Shown: one piece after another, positions 39,493 through 49,187 of the stretch
Position numbering within the stretch: the stretch's first letter is position 1
Layout: every line of letters starts with the position of its first letter
Virus record (IMG/VR): IMGVR_UViG_3300046058_000006
Reading direction: 5' to 3' (one strand)
From: an uncultured virus (IMG/VR IMGVR_UViG_3300046058_000006)
Lineage: Duplodnaviria > Heunggongvirae > Uroviricota > Caudoviricetes
Length of the DNA: 64,000 nt
The notes under the pieces: generated by a model
Told to the model about the DNA's origin: nothing
What the model saw: the letters and a program-made list of their open reading frames with translations, nothing else
Databases searched by the model: none
Position numbers and translations under genes: made by a program

Positions 39493-39989
39493 TTTTGCCC
39501 CATGAACACGTACAGCGTCGGCGGATCAAGGTACTGGATTTCAGCGCCCGCGTCGCGTAGCGCGTTGTTAAATTCCGTGCGGTCGCCGGTCGTAGGCATG
39601 GGACTAAATTCGACCGCGATTCGTTCGCGGTCGTCTACGTTCCGCACGTCGTTGACGCGGATGTTATCAACCATACCAATACCGAACACGTCAGCCGCAA
39701 CGTATTCGACAAGCGCTTGGGGCGCGTCCAAGCCCGGCGGTTCATCGTCGCGGCGATCGACTTTCAGGCTTTCGAACGTGCCGGTCGGACCGCTAAGTGT
39801 GCCGTCCTGTTGCTGTTTAACGTAGACTTCCCCGCCGCGCGGCCCTTCAAGCCGTGCGTAAGGCAAAGCGTCGTCCGTATCCAGGTTGTTTAGCTCTTGA
39901 ACAGTCAGCGGTTCCTTTCGTTCCGCGAACAGCACTTGGTCGCCCGATTCCAATTCGGCTACGTCCGCCGTTTCCATGGTTTGACCCAT
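39489..39989 (-). CDS. Hypothetical protein
   Basis: Acidic; GDQVLF.ERKEPLTV..GPRGG. Confidence 0.75.
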   Translation of the reverse strand: MGQTMETADVAELESGDQVLFAERKEPLTVQELNNLDTDDALPYARLEGPRGGEVYVKQQQDGTLSGPTGTFESLKVDRRDDEPPGLDAPQALVEYVAADVFGIGMVDNIRVNDVRNVDDRERIAVEFSPMPTTGDRTEFNNALRDAGAEIQYLDPPTLYVFMGQK

Positions 39990-40021
39990 GTTTACCCGGA
40001 TGCACGGCGCGCTAAAAAGTG

Positions 40022-40567
40022 TTACGGGTCGGGCTTGTCCGGCGCTTCAATCCGTTCGACTTCTACGCCGGAACAGCCGCGTTCTAAGCGAACCTGAAGC
40101 GTCGCCGGCAGGTAACACGGCGCGACGCACAGCACGCCGTTGTAGCCGCGCACACAGACAGGCGAAACGCCGTTGAACTGTGCCGTGTCAGCGCTGATAA
40201 AGACCCGTTCTGCGGCTACCAGGCCGGCCAGCGGGCGATCTAACACGTAAGCCGCCGTCGATATGTTTTCACGGATCAAGAACGTCGGCAGGGGCGCATG
40301 GTCGTCCGGTAGATCGCTTTCGACCGCGACGCAGGTAAAGCCTATGTCGGCTTCTTCCGCCGTTACGTATGCTGTATACATATCCATTACCTGCGTTTCG
40401 TATGTGCTAACGTTTGGCACGCCCTGAAGATTGTCGAAGGCTACCGCCGTCGGCGCAAGCGCGAACTGGTTACTGTCGTCCGTTACGACGCCGTGCGTGC
40501 TTTCCGTAACCGTGACTGATTTTTCATCCAGGCGTCGAACCATGGCGTCGAAGCTGTTGGGGTTCAT
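40022..40567 (-). CDS. Hypothetical protein, paralog of 42506-43015
   Basis: Shared Y.TQV..PTF..F.S...AQ..G.SPV..VAP. Confidence 0.75.
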   Translation of the reverse strand: MNPNSFDAMVRRLDEKSVTVTESTHGVVTDDSNQFALAPTAVAFDNLQGVPNVSTYETQVMDMYTAYVTAEEADIGFTCVAVESDLPDDHAPLPTFLIRENISTAAYVLDRPLAGLVAAERVFISADTAQFNGVSPVCVRGYNGVLCVAPCYLPATLQVRLERGCSGVEVERIEAPDKPDP

Positions 40568-41229
40568 AGTAGATCACCTGGCTGTAAGTCGGCCTGCGGT
40601 AGCCTTTCCATACACACGCGCATGGTTTGGTCGTAATACCCCTTCTTTCGACTATACCGTTCCCCGTCCGGCGTAATTGTAATATACCGATCGCTGTAGT
40701 CGTAGCGGTCGGATTTTACGAACCATTCAGGGTCTTCAAAAATCTCTTTGACGCGCGCCGGATCGATCCAGTACCTATCCGCTGTTTCGGCGATCGACAG
40801 CTTACAAATATCGTACACGCGCCAAATCATGCCGGCGTAGTACGGATATTTGCGCGGGGCATACACGTCGATTGAACGCGACGCGACGCCTACTTTTTCA
40901 GTTACGTCGTGGTCGTCTGTGTGTCGCATTTCCCCGCGCGCTTCTATCTGCCGGCGCGCTTCTTCGCCGTTGATTTCTTCGCCATGCCAGTAGTACCATT
41001 CCTGTAGATCGGGGACCGTTACCGTACCCCACGGCGCTTCAAGGTTCGGCCCCAATTTGGTACAGAACATACAGCGCGCGATTTCTATTTCGCGCGCCAG
41101 TTCTTCGCCTTTCGTATTGTACGCAGTGTCGCGGTCGTTTACGGCTTCGCACTGCATTAGCAGTTCGGCGTTTCTATACGGATCGGACACAGGCGCGCTT
41201 TCATGGCCTGGATACTTTTCAAACGGCAT
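40564..41229 (-). CDS. Hypothetical protein (possible HTH)
   Basis: Acidic ORF; SIAETADRYWIDPARVKEI is HTH-like. Confidence 0.7.
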   Translation of the reverse strand: MPFEKYPGHESAPVSDPYRNAELLMQCEAVNDRDTAYNTKGEELAREIEIARCMFCTKLGPNLEAPWGTVTVPDLQEWYYWHGEEINGEEARRQIEARGEMRHTDDHDVTEKVGVASRSIDVYAPRKYPYYAGMIWRVYDICKLSIAETADRYWIDPARVKEIFEDPEWFVKSDRYDYSDRYITITPDGERYSRKKGYYDQTMRVCMERLPQADLQPGDLL

Positions 41230-41381
41230 GAACGACAAGACTGCCGGCGCGAAAATAAGACTTACGGAAGCGCGTTTGTAGGCCGTATCACTTTCCCGAC
41301 AAGCGCAAAGGCTACAATCAGGCCGCGCTTGTCTAACAGTTGAAAGAAAAACCCGGCGCTGAAACAGCCCGCTGAAATCGT

Positions 41382-41416
41382 CCCCTATTGTAGAAGGGAC
41401 TGAAATGTTTTTTAGG
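41382..41416 (+). repeat. Dispersed element copy 3, invariant 35-bp core
   Basis: Exact core; element spans about 41285-41556. Confidence 0.95.
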
Positions 41417-41607
41417 ACAGAGATCGACTAAGACGGCCGATTAGAAATCGGGGGGTCACAACTGGCCGCGATTTTTCGCGCTGATTTGCGGCCGCTACGA
41501 AACCCTGTCTAATTTTTCTGACACGGCCCAAAGCGGTACAACCGTCACGCTTGTCTGATTGCTGATAATGCCGGAACCTTTTTGCACTGGCCGCGCCTGT
41601 GTATAGT

Positions 41608-42177
41608 ATGAACAGGCGCGAACTACTGAAGCCCGACAAGAACGAACCCCGCGAACCGTCTACGACCAAGCCGGTCCACGACGGCGCACGCTATGCTGAA
41701 GAACTGCGGTATGAAACCGACGGCGTAGACCTGATTCGCGTTATCCAGGTCTTGCAAGAAGGGCTTTCGCCCGAAACGTGGTCTTGGGAACCAGAACACA
41801 TAGCCGCCGCGTCGGATACAATCAGCGTCAGCACGGCCAACAGATTTTCGAACCGCCTGGCCGCGAATGGCATGGTCAATATCATGCCTGGCGACGGCCT
41901 GCCGTCGTCCTGGCGCGCCGAACACACCTACGCGCTAACGGACGAAGGCCGCGACTTTGCCTGCTGTACGATGTACCGATACTACAAAACGATGAAAACC
42001 GACGTAACCGCTTACGGATGCCCGGATCGGGAAGTCCTGATTCGCGCCTTCAACGAACACCTTGGCATGAACATCCAGCACGTTATGCGCCGGGTAACGC
42101 AAGAACAGTTCAAGAAGCACTGCCGGCTAACCCGCTTCGATATTCCGTCGCACATTTACGACGCTTACGGAATTTAG
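41608..42177 (+). CDS. Winged-helix DNA-binding protein
   Basis: SVSTANRFSNRLAANGMV...YALTDEG. Confidence 0.65.
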   Translation: MNRRELLKPDKNEPREPSTTKPVHDGARYAEELRYETDGVDLIRVIQVLQEGLSPETWSWEPEHIAAASDTISVSTANRFSNRLAANGMVNIMPGDGLPSSWRAEHTYALTDEGRDFACCTMYRYYKTMKTDVTAYGCPDREVLIRAFNEHLGMNIQHVMRRVTQEQFKKHCRLTRFDIPSHIYDAYGI

Positions 42178-42202
42178 GCGCGCGTTACGCGCGCCTGGTA
42201 AG

Positions 42203-42487
42203 TTAGTAAAAGTCGCGCCGGCTGAAAACTATCGGATCGTACCCGACCCACATACCTGCCGGACAGTGCTTTTCGACAAGCTTTACCATGGCGTCGTACA
42301 GGTCCGACCGCCTGATTTCAAGAATCCGCGCCCATTCAGTCAGCGCGTAGTCGTTTTGCGCCCGAAAGATCACTACGTCCTGGTTCTTGAACACAGGCGT
42401 ACCGTACCGTTCGCGCACGCTTCGGGGCGTTGCGTCTACGTGGTCGCTTCGAATCCCCTTCGGCGTTAGTTCGTCGTTTTCGATCAT
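42203..42487 (-). CDS. Hypothetical protein
   Basis: ACAAACC-ATG start context; plausible ORF. Confidence 0.7.
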   Translation of the reverse strand: MIENDELTPKGIRSDHVDATPRSVRERYGTPVFKNQDVVIFRAQNDYALTEWARILEIRRSDLYDAMVKLVEKHCPAGMWVGYDPIVFSRRDFY

Positions 42488-42505
42488 GGTTTGTGTTAAT
42501 TTGGA

Positions 42506-43015
42506 TTAACGTACCCGATCAACTTCAATGCCGTCGGCAGGCGGGGAAGTCGTCTGTACGCCGGCCGGGATAATAGGCGCGACGAACATAGCCGCGTTCG
42601 GGTATTTGATAGCGACCGGCGAAGCGCCGTCAACCTGTGCGTATTCCTGGCTAACGAACATATGGCCGCGCCGCGCTAATTCGGCAAATTCGACGCCGAT
42701 AATCGCGGCAATTTTAAAGCCAAAGTCCGTTTGAACGAAGGTCGGAACGCCGTTTTCGATGGGCGTTCGAAGCGCGAAAAGGTAGTGTTCGCTGTCCTTG
42801 TCGATGTTTTTAACGAAGGCTTCGCGCGCTTCATGCACCTGCGTCTGATATTGCATCGGGTCGCTGTCTATATCTTCGTGCGATCGTAGCGCTGTCATGC
42901 TTTCGGCCAGCGCGACGCAGTTGTTTTCGGCGACGACTATGTTCGAACTTTCGCCTTGTCTACCGAACAGTTCTACGAACCGCATGGCCGCGCCCGCGAA
43001 TGTCGTTCGGGACAT
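42506..43015 (-). CDS. Hypothetical protein, paralog of 40022-40567
   Basis: Pairwise motif similarity. Confidence 0.75.
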   Translation of the reverse strand: MSRTTFAGAAMRFVELFGRQGESSNIVVAENNCVALAESMTALRSHEDIDSDPMQYQTQVHEAREAFVKNIDKDSEHYLFALRTPIENGVPTFVQTDFGFKIAAIIGVEFAELARRGHMFVSQEYAQVDGASPVAIKYPNAAMFVAPIIPAGVQTTSPPADGIEVDRVR

Positions 43016-43060
43016 TACGATTGACCGGAACAGCGGGCGGGATAAAAATGCGTCGTTTTT

Positions 43061-43537
43061 CTACGAATACGTAGCGCCAGCGTCGCGGCGTTCAATCCCC
43101 GCGCGTTCTAAGGCGTTATAAACGGTCGAAGCCGCGACGCCTAACTGTCGCGCGATTTCTATGCCGGACTGCTGTGGTTCTTCGACGTATTGGGCGCGCA
43201 AGAAATCAGCGTCCGCCAGCTTTTCGCCGGCTTCAATCCCACAGACCCTATGGCCTTTGACGCCTATGCCGTGTTCATCCAGCTTCTTTTCGACAAGGGT
43301 ATGACTAACGTCTAACATTTCGCCGATTTCCCGGTTCGTGTACCGTTCTGCCTTTTCGCGTAGCCATTCAGGGTCGTTCAACGCTGTTTCTTCGGCGTGT
43401 TCCCTGGTAATGTGCCGGTTGATCCGGCTAACGTGCGCCGGGCCTTCGCCGCAGTGCGGACACACTTTCAGCGACGGCGGTAGGTCGTTGCTGTTGTAGC
43501 TGTCCCACGAATCCGGCACGTCGTTCGGGTCAATCAT
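43061..43537 (-). CDS. C2H2 zinc finger plus tandem HTH DNA-binding protein
   Basis: CPHCG..HITREH; two L.D..L..Y..EI...LGV..T....L...GI repeats. Confidence 0.8.
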   Translation of the reverse strand: MIDPNDVPDSWDSYNSNDLPPSLKVCPHCGEGPAHVSRINRHITREHAEETALNDPEWLREKAERYTNREIGEMLDVSHTLVEKKLDEHGIGVKGHRVCGIEAGEKLADADFLRAQYVEEPQQSGIEIARQLGVAASTVYNALERAGIERRDAGATYS

Positions 43538-43811
43538 GGCTGTAAACCAACAGCAGGTTATCATGGGCGTGCGCCTTCAGTCCGCCGCGCGCGGCTAAGA
43601 CGCCTTTGCGGAAGGTAACGCGCGCGACGCCGTTGATTTCTACGTGCTGGATACCGTTGAACGTCTTACTGAAACCCTTGTTTTCAGCGATAATCCGCGC
43701 GGTACTGCCTTGGTGCTTCAGCGCCGTAATAAAGTGGGTTTGGTCGCGGGTTTTTGCTTCCCACTGTGCTTCAGTTTCGACGCCTGCCGTTACTGCGGGC
43801 ATTTCCGACAT
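43530..43811 (-). CDS. Hypothetical protein
   Basis: Own promoter-like upstream; overlaps the next start. Confidence 0.55.
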   Translation of the reverse strand: MSEMPAVTAGVETEAQWEAKTRDQTHFITALKHQGSTARIIAENKGFSKTFNGIQHVEINGVARVTFRKGVLAARGGLKAHAHDNLLLVYSHD

Positions 43812-43850
43812 ACCTGTTGCGAACAGCGCGCCGCTAAAAAGTGTTTTGCC

Positions 43851-44483
43851 TTATTCGCTGTCCGCCGGATGCAACCCAAGGCCCTTCGCCGCATGGTTTT
43901 CCCATTCAGGTGTGAACCAAAGGCTTGCACCGTATGGGCCTTTTTTGCTTTCGATAGCGACGCCGTATTTCTTAAGGATATTCAGCGCGCGGTTTACGTC
44001 GCCGTTATTGATGCCTGTCGCGCTTGTGATCGCCGCCGCAGTGCTTGGCCCCTTTTCCAAGAAATCGCGCACAGCGTCTATGCTTTCGTCTGATATGCGG
44101 TAATGCGCCGCAAACAGATCGGCGACTTCCCCGCGCGGCCCTTTGATGAACTGGTTTAGTTCTTCGATACAGTCCCAACTTTCCTGTACGTAGTAGGCCA
44201 TGCGTCCCCCGTCCGGGTAGATGCTTGTCCGTTCTACGTACCCGCAGTAATGCAGGATGTTTAGCACGCGCCTGGCGTCGCCTTCGGACACGCTACAGTA
44301 CGGATCACAGGAAACGCGGTGTGGATCGGTGTACTTACGGTCGCTGTTATCCGGGTCGTAGGGTTCGGCGGCTAAACTTCCCAGGACTTCCCGCCCGATT
44401 CGTTCAAGCCGCGTTTCGTCCGGCGCGGGGTCTACGTCTGTTTCGTGCGTTCGGTGCCGCGTGCTTTGCATGGCTGTTGCCAT
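43851..44483 (-). CDS. Double winged-helix DNA-binding protein
   Basis: DARRVLNILHYCGYVE and STAAAITSATGINNGDVNRALNILKKYGV. Confidence 0.7.
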   Translation of the reverse strand: MATAMQSTRHRTHETDVDPAPDETRLERIGREVLGSLAAEPYDPDNSDRKYTDPHRVSCDPYCSVSEGDARRVLNILHYCGYVERTSIYPDGGRMAYYVQESWDCIEELNQFIKGPRGEVADLFAAHYRISDESIDAVRDFLEKGPSTAAAITSATGINNGDVNRALNILKKYGVAIESKKGPYGASLWFTPEWENHAAKGLGLHPADSE

Positions 44484-44564
44484 GTTTAGCGCGCCGTTCG
44501 GCGCGGTAATAAGACCTGCGTATTGCTAAGACTTATTGTTGTCCGGCTGTTCCGGCTAAATGCA

Positions 44565-44816
44565 ATGGCACTACAAGCCTTGGAATGGACAGACGACACA
44601 CTGGCGGACTTACCGCCGGTAGACGAACACGCCGATCAATACGCCGAATACGAAAGCGCCGAAGCCGACGGCTACCTGTTCACTGCGTGCCGGCGACAAG
44701 GCGACAACTACGTTAAACTGCGGATTGTCACCGATCAAAAAGAAGTGTACGGTTCGGCCTGCGTCAACATGACACAGGCAAAAGGCCGCGCGGTTTGGTT
44801 CCTACACCGACACTAA
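44565..44816 (+). CDS. Hypothetical protein, paralog family C
   Basis: Class promoter 33 nt upstream; YE.A..YLF..AKGRA..F. Confidence 0.75.
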   Translation: MALQALEWTDDTLADLPPVDEHADQYAEYESAEADGYLFTACRRQGDNYVKLRIVTDQKEVYGSACVNMTQAKGRAVWFLHRH

Positions 44817-45142
44817 CCGCCGAAAGCGTCGCCGGTTCGTTTCTTTGCCGGGCGGTCGGGGAAGTCGTCTACAAAGGCTTCGTATAAGCCGGCGTCGTCC
44901 GCGCGGCCAAGAATATCATTTAGGTGCATAGCGGCCTTCAACCCATACCGCATATCCCTGTAGTCCGCCAGGTCGCTAAAGTTTAGTTCGACGTATTCGC
45001 CGGCGTCGTCTGACACCTGGCCGCTTGAAAAGGAAACCCCCCACTGTCGTAGCTGTTCTTCGGCGTCGTCCCACTGCTGATAGCGGTCGCTTGTCGGATA
45101 CAGACGCGAAATAACGCGGCCTTCTACTGTACGCTTGGTCAT
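44813..45142 (-). CDS. Hypothetical protein
   Basis: Acidic ORF. Confidence 0.65.
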   Translation of the reverse strand: MTKRTVEGRVISRLYPTSDRYQQWDDAEEQLRQWGVSFSSGQVSDDAGEYVELNFSDLADYRDMRYGLKAAMHLNDILGRADDAGLYEAFVDDFPDRPAKKRTGDAFGG

Positions 45143-45170
45143 AGTCAGCAACATATGACCAATTGGGTCC

Positions 45171-45416
45171 TTAACTGTTAAAAATATCCATGTGAACGAT
45201 CTTACTACGCGCCCGCTCTAATTCAAACGCGCGTTCGTAAAGATCGTTTTCCGCAAATTCAGCCGCCAGGTGTTCTAAGATCACACCGAAGGACATTTCC
45301 AAGTCCTGCTGATTCAGCGCGTCGCCTTCGGTCATTAGGTATTCGTTTTCGTCGCTGTACTTATACGCGGGAAACGTCGGATCGGGAAGGTCCGATCGTT
45401 CCGCGTTCGTTGCCAT
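45171..45416 (-). CDS. Hypothetical protein (start uncertain)
   Basis: Acidic C-terminal part of the 45171-45539 frame. Confidence 0.6.
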   Translation of the reverse strand: MATNAERSDLPDPTFPAYKYSDENEYLMTEGDALNQQDLEMSFGVILEHLAAEFAENDLYERAFELERARSKIVHMDIFNS

Positions 45417-45585
45417 AAGATACCAGATTTCCGGGTCAACCTGGCATCCGGCGTAGCGTTGTGCGCGTTCCGTGTATGCGTATTCGTTTCGTAGCACACC
45501 CGTACAAAAGATAGCCGGGGTAAAAAGCGTTTTTTCCAACTACTTACACCGTAACACTTTATTATATCGCGGCGCAAGCCGCAGT

Positions 45586-45876
45586 ATGGCGCGACAGTAT
45601 TACACACGCGGCTTAGAACACACCGACTATTTGGACGACGCCGGCGACGCCCGCACTGGCGACTACCTGGTTTTCGATCCGGTATCCGGGCCGGTCGAAA
45701 GCGCGGAAATCATGGATGTTATGATCCATACGGAAGATGAACTAAACCAAACTGAAGTCGAACGCTTCGGCAATATCAAAGCGCTTGGTTTTCAGTCGCC
45801 GTTTACAGGTGTGCCGTCGGTTTGCTTGCACCCGGATGTAAACGTTAATCAGCGCGTAGTCGCCGTTAGAAACTAA
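45586..45876 (+). CDS. Hypothetical protein
   Basis: TATA upstream of ATG 45586; acidic. Confidence 0.7.
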   Translation: MARQYYTRGLEHTDYLDDAGDARTGDYLVFDPVSGPVESAEIMDVMIHTEDELNQTEVERFGNIKALGFQSPFTGVPSVCLHPDVNVNQRVVAVRN

Positions 45877-46574
45877 TGTCCGAACGCGGAAAGCGACCGA
45901 TCGAACTGCCGGGCGACCCGCCTGAAGCCATACGGGGCGCTATTCCCAAGCTTCGCGCCGCATATGGCTTGGACGCAGAACTTGCCGGCGACGGCCTGGT
46001 AACGACGAACGACCGCCGGCTAACAGCAGGCACGCGCCAGGGGTTCGCACAAGCGCGTGGCGTAAAAATAGGCCAGTTCGATACGCCGGCGACAGTAGCG
46101 GCGCTTCAGTCGCCGAACGTGTACGAATTTAGTCCGGCGGACAGCGAAGCCGCCGATGAAACCGAAACCGTTTACGTCGCGCTTTCGGTCGCCGATCGCT
46201 TGGAAACGGTGATCGAAAACAGCATAGACGCGCTGAATGAAGGGTCGTTCTTTTGGATGAACACGGATATGGTCGAAGCCGATCGGGGCTATCCGGTCGC
46301 CGTGTCCCTGGCCGAAAACGATCCGACTATCAGGGAAGATGTACGGGAAGTCGGGCTAACTGAAAGTCACCTAAACGAACCTTGGGCGCTTTTGCCGGCG
46401 CTTTCGGATACCGACCGGCTACCGGACGACCCGGAACGCGAACCAGGTCGCGCGGATACGTACACGCGCCAGGGGCTTTTGACCGAAACGAACTGGCGCG
46501 AAAAGTACCAGGACGCTATACCGGACGACGCGCCTGTTCCGTCCGACGCGCCGGCTAATTTTGGGGAACAGTAA
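45876..46574 (+). CDS. Hypothetical protein
   Basis: TAATG coupling; acidic. Confidence 0.75.
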   Translation: MSERGKRPIELPGDPPEAIRGAIPKLRAAYGLDAELAGDGLVTTNDRRLTAGTRQGFAQARGVKIGQFDTPATVAALQSPNVYEFSPADSEAADETETVYVALSVADRLETVIENSIDALNEGSFFWMNTDMVEADRGYPVAVSLAENDPTIREDVREVGLTESHLNEPWALLPALSDTDRLPDDPEREPGRADTYTRQGLLTETNWREKYQDAIPDDAPVPSDAPANFGEQ

Positions 46575-46616
46575 ACCGTGTCGTTTATATGTATGGGGGT
46601 ATTCTACCTAAATGCA

Positions 46617-46799
46617 ATGGTCGAACACACCGAAGGCAGGAAAGACGAAAAGCCCCCATGGATCGACGGCAGTCGCGTCGTCTGTCCCAACTGTGGAAGC
46701 GACGGCTACGCGGTTGACTGCTATGGCGGTAGCTACCGCATGGGCTACGAACAGCGGACGTGTCTAACCTGTTCGGAAGAATACCGCGTTAAGGCCTGA
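46617..46799 (+). CDS. CPxCG zinc-finger microprotein
   Basis: CPNCG..CLTC; class promoter 33 nt upstream. Confidence 0.8.
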   Translation: MVEHTEGRKDEKPPWIDGSRVVCPNCGSDGYAVDCYGGSYRMGYEQRTCLTCSEEYRVKA

Positions 46800-46952
46800 A
46801 TGTCGGCCTGGCGCTATAAACTGCCGTGCGGCCACCACTGTTTTCTTTTCACGAAAACAGGCTATTGGTGTGAACTGTGCGGCGATAAATTCGATCACCT
46901 GATAGACAAGAAAACGAACACGCGGGTAAGCGGCATCAACGACGCGCGCTAA
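46800..46952 (+). CDS. 50-aa zinc-finger microprotein
   Basis: MSAWRYKLPCGHHCFLFTKTGYWCELCG...; starts immediately after the previous stop; not in the ORF track. Confidence 0.65.
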   Translation: MSAWRYKLPCGHHCFLFTKTGYWCELCGDKFDHLIDKKTNTRVSGINDAR

Positions 46953-47851
46953 GTGTTAATCAGGATTAACACGCAACGACACTGCGGATGGGTCGCCTGC
47001 GGGGGTAGCAGGTCCGAACGGTTGTTTCTGACTTCTTGGATCGTATACTGTTTTCCTTCAAGCGCCTGGCACTGTGCGCACACGCGGTTATCCCCTGCCG
47101 TCGTATGCTCCATTTTCTTCCCCGGCGTCGAACTGGCCCCTTCTATTCCGTATCCTACAGCGCGGTCGTCGTTGAACCAGTGATCATAAACATCCAGCGC
47201 GGTTTCGTTGTGCGCGCGTAACGTTTCGGTCCGGGCGATCATTTCGGCGCGGTGTACGCCAACTTTCCGCACGCGCTTACTAATCTGCCGGCCTACGTCG
47301 CGGGGGTTTTCCCCGCGAAGCATACCGAACGTAAGCGTGTCCCGCACGTCGTCTGTAATGTCACCCGTCAGCGTTTCTAATTCGTTATAGTTGCGCGAAA
47401 ACAAGCGCGAAAGCAACTGTGATCTTTGCGCGCGGGGCAAAACATCTTCGCCGGCGTCGATCGCTATGCCAGCGCCTTCAAGCTGTGCGGTCGCAAAGGC
47501 TTCGCCTTTGGTTTCGGCGCTTCTAACGTATTTCGCCGTGTAGTGCCGGCCTGCCGTTACTTCAGCGCGGCCCATCTTGTCTAAAACGCCCTGTTCGGCC
47601 TGTTCTTGTAACCAGCGGTTGAACGCGGCGCGCGTCGCGGCCAGCGATCCGTCGTCTAAAGTTTCGGGTATACGATAATCTTCAAGCGCCGCGTCGGTCG
47701 TTCGGCGTTCGCTAATGGCCAGCGCGTCGTTTTCGCCGATTGTCTTATTGACAGCCGCCGCCAAGCGCCGAACCCTGCCGGTTAGTTCCGGTCGGTACTG
47801 GCGTTCGCGTAGGTTGACCGTGTGGCTTGGGTCGGCACTGTTCGATAGCAC
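46949..47851 (-). CDS. Phage head morphogenesis protein (Mu gpF / SPP1 gp7 family)
   Basis: RAEMIARTET..AHN, DNRVC..C..LEG, HPQCRC. Confidence 0.92.
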   Translation of the reverse strand: MLSNSADPSHTVNLRERQYRPELTGRVRRLAAAVNKTIGENDALAISERRTTDAALEDYRIPETLDDGSLAATRAAFNRWLQEQAEQGVLDKMGRAEVTAGRHYTAKYVRSAETKGEAFATAQLEGAGIAIDAGEDVLPRAQRSQLLSRLFSRNYNELETLTGDITDDVRDTLTFGMLRGENPRDVGRQISKRVRKVGVHRAEMIARTETLRAHNETALDVYDHWFNDDRAVGYGIEGASSTPGKKMEHTTAGDNRVCAQCQALEGKQYTIQEVRNNRSDLLPPQATHPQCRCVLILINT

Positions 47852-47882
47852 ACGGCCTTTGATTCGCCGGCCCTAATAGTCC

Positions 47883-48329
47883 TTAGTGGTCGTTAGACAG
47901 CATTTCGGCCAAGCGGCGCGCTTCTTCTTTCTGTTCGGGGTGTAGGTCCGGGTTATCAGCCCATCGTTCTAAGACGCGCACAGCCGCGTCAATCGTTCCC
48001 TGGTTGTAGGGGTATTCCTGTTCCCAAACTTCCCCGAACTGCACACACAAGACTAACAGCGGCGTCAGATCGACGGACGCACTGAAGCGGTCGCCGATCA
48101 CAGGCAGGCGCGAAAGAACCGGGGCGCTTACCATTATTTCGACGGGTTCGCCTTCGTTAGCAATGTCAAAGTCGCCCGCTTCGATTTCTTCAGTGTGATC
48201 GTAGGCGTATTCACAAAACGCGCGGGCGATCGTAGCTTGATCGTCTACGTTCGGGTCGTTTTCGATTTCTTTCAGCCATTCGATGTACGCCTTCGCCGGT
48301 TTGTCCGCGTCGCGGTAGGTTTCGGTCAT
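47883..48329 (-). CDS. Hypothetical protein
   Basis: Acidic ORF. Confidence 0.7.
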   Translation of the reverse strand: MTETYRDADKPAKAYIEWLKEIENDPNVDDQATIARAFCEYAYDHTEEIEAGDFDIANEGEPVEIMVSAPVLSRLPVIGDRFSASVDLTPLLVLCVQFGEVWEQEYPYNQGTIDAAVRVLERWADNPDLHPEQKEEARRLAEMLSNDH

Positions 48330-48487
48330 ATGTAACCGCTTAGGGCTATGCTACCGAACAGGATAAAGATACCGACTATAAAGCGCCAGGGACAGCGCCG
48401 CAACAGACCTTCGGTGATCAACCACCCGCACAGGTAGCCGCCGACTATCGGAATAGCGAACGCCAGGGCCGTTTTGCCGGCTAACAT
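48326..48487 (-). CDS. 53-aa 2-TM membrane microprotein
   Basis: MLAGKTALAFAIPIVGGYLCGWLITEGLLRRCPWRFIVGIFILFGSIALSGYI; overlaps both neighbours; not in the ORF track. Confidence 0.6.
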   Translation of the reverse strand: MLAGKTALAFAIPIVGGYLCGWLITEGLLRRCPWRFIVGIFILFGSIALSGYI

Positions 48488-48771
48488 TGCCCCGCGCCCA
48501 TGCCCGGCAGTTGGGTTACGTCTTTGACCCGAACGTACCGATCACATTCGGGACATTCGCCTTCGCAACCCTTGAAAACAAAGCTATTCGGGTCGCGGTC
48601 CATGCTTGGCATATAGGTACAGTCAAAGTCGTATGCTTGTAGGGTTGATACGCTTTGGCAAAACGGACAGCGCGCCAGCGTGCCGCGCGCATTATCAGCA
48701 ATGCCAGTTGTATACGACGCGCCCATCGGATCGGTTTTAGTCAGCGGGGGTTCGTAATTAGGCCCGGCCAT
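48481..48771 (-). CDS. Zinc-ribbon protein
   Basis: CPFC...CPEC; 12-bp inverted repeat over the start. Confidence 0.7.
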   Translation of the reverse strand: MAGPNYEPPLTKTDPMGASYTTGIADNARGTLARCPFCQSVSTLQAYDFDCTYMPSMDRDPNSFVFKGCEGECPECDRYVRVKDVTQLPGMGAGQC

Positions 48772-48841
48772 GGCTGTAACCAGCAGGTTACAGCCATAAA
48801 AAAGTTGTATAAAAGTCACACAAAGTCGCACCAAGCGCGAC

Positions 48842-49108
48842 TTAGACCCGTTCGTTGCAACCTACGATAAGGTTTCCACAGTCCGCACAGGTGATTCTAC
48901 AGCCGTCCTTTGTCGGCGCGCCGCCGTCGGCACAGTGATAACAGTCTACCATCGGGATGCTTGGGTAATTCGCGGTCATACTAAAATCTGTTCGTCGCGG
49001 CACAGGCACGTTAGTTTTATACGATCCAGGCGTGTACGAATAGCTGGCGCGATAGTAAAGCGCCTTGGGACCTAACGGCGTGGCATATCCGTTCGGTGTC
49101 TGATTCAT
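48842..49108 (-). CDS. Small zinc-finger protein (true start may be 48979)
   Basis: CYHC..C..TCADCG..C. Confidence 0.6.
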   Translation of the reverse strand: MNQTPNGYATPLGPKALYYRASYSYTPGSYKTNVPVPRRTDFSMTANYPSIPMVDCYHCADGGAPTKDGCRITCADCGNLIVGCNERV

Positions 49109-49187
49109 GCGCTGTCAAAAGCGGGCTTTCGTCCGCTTTCGTACAACGACGTAGGATTTATATACGACCCGCGCATTAGAACGAAAT

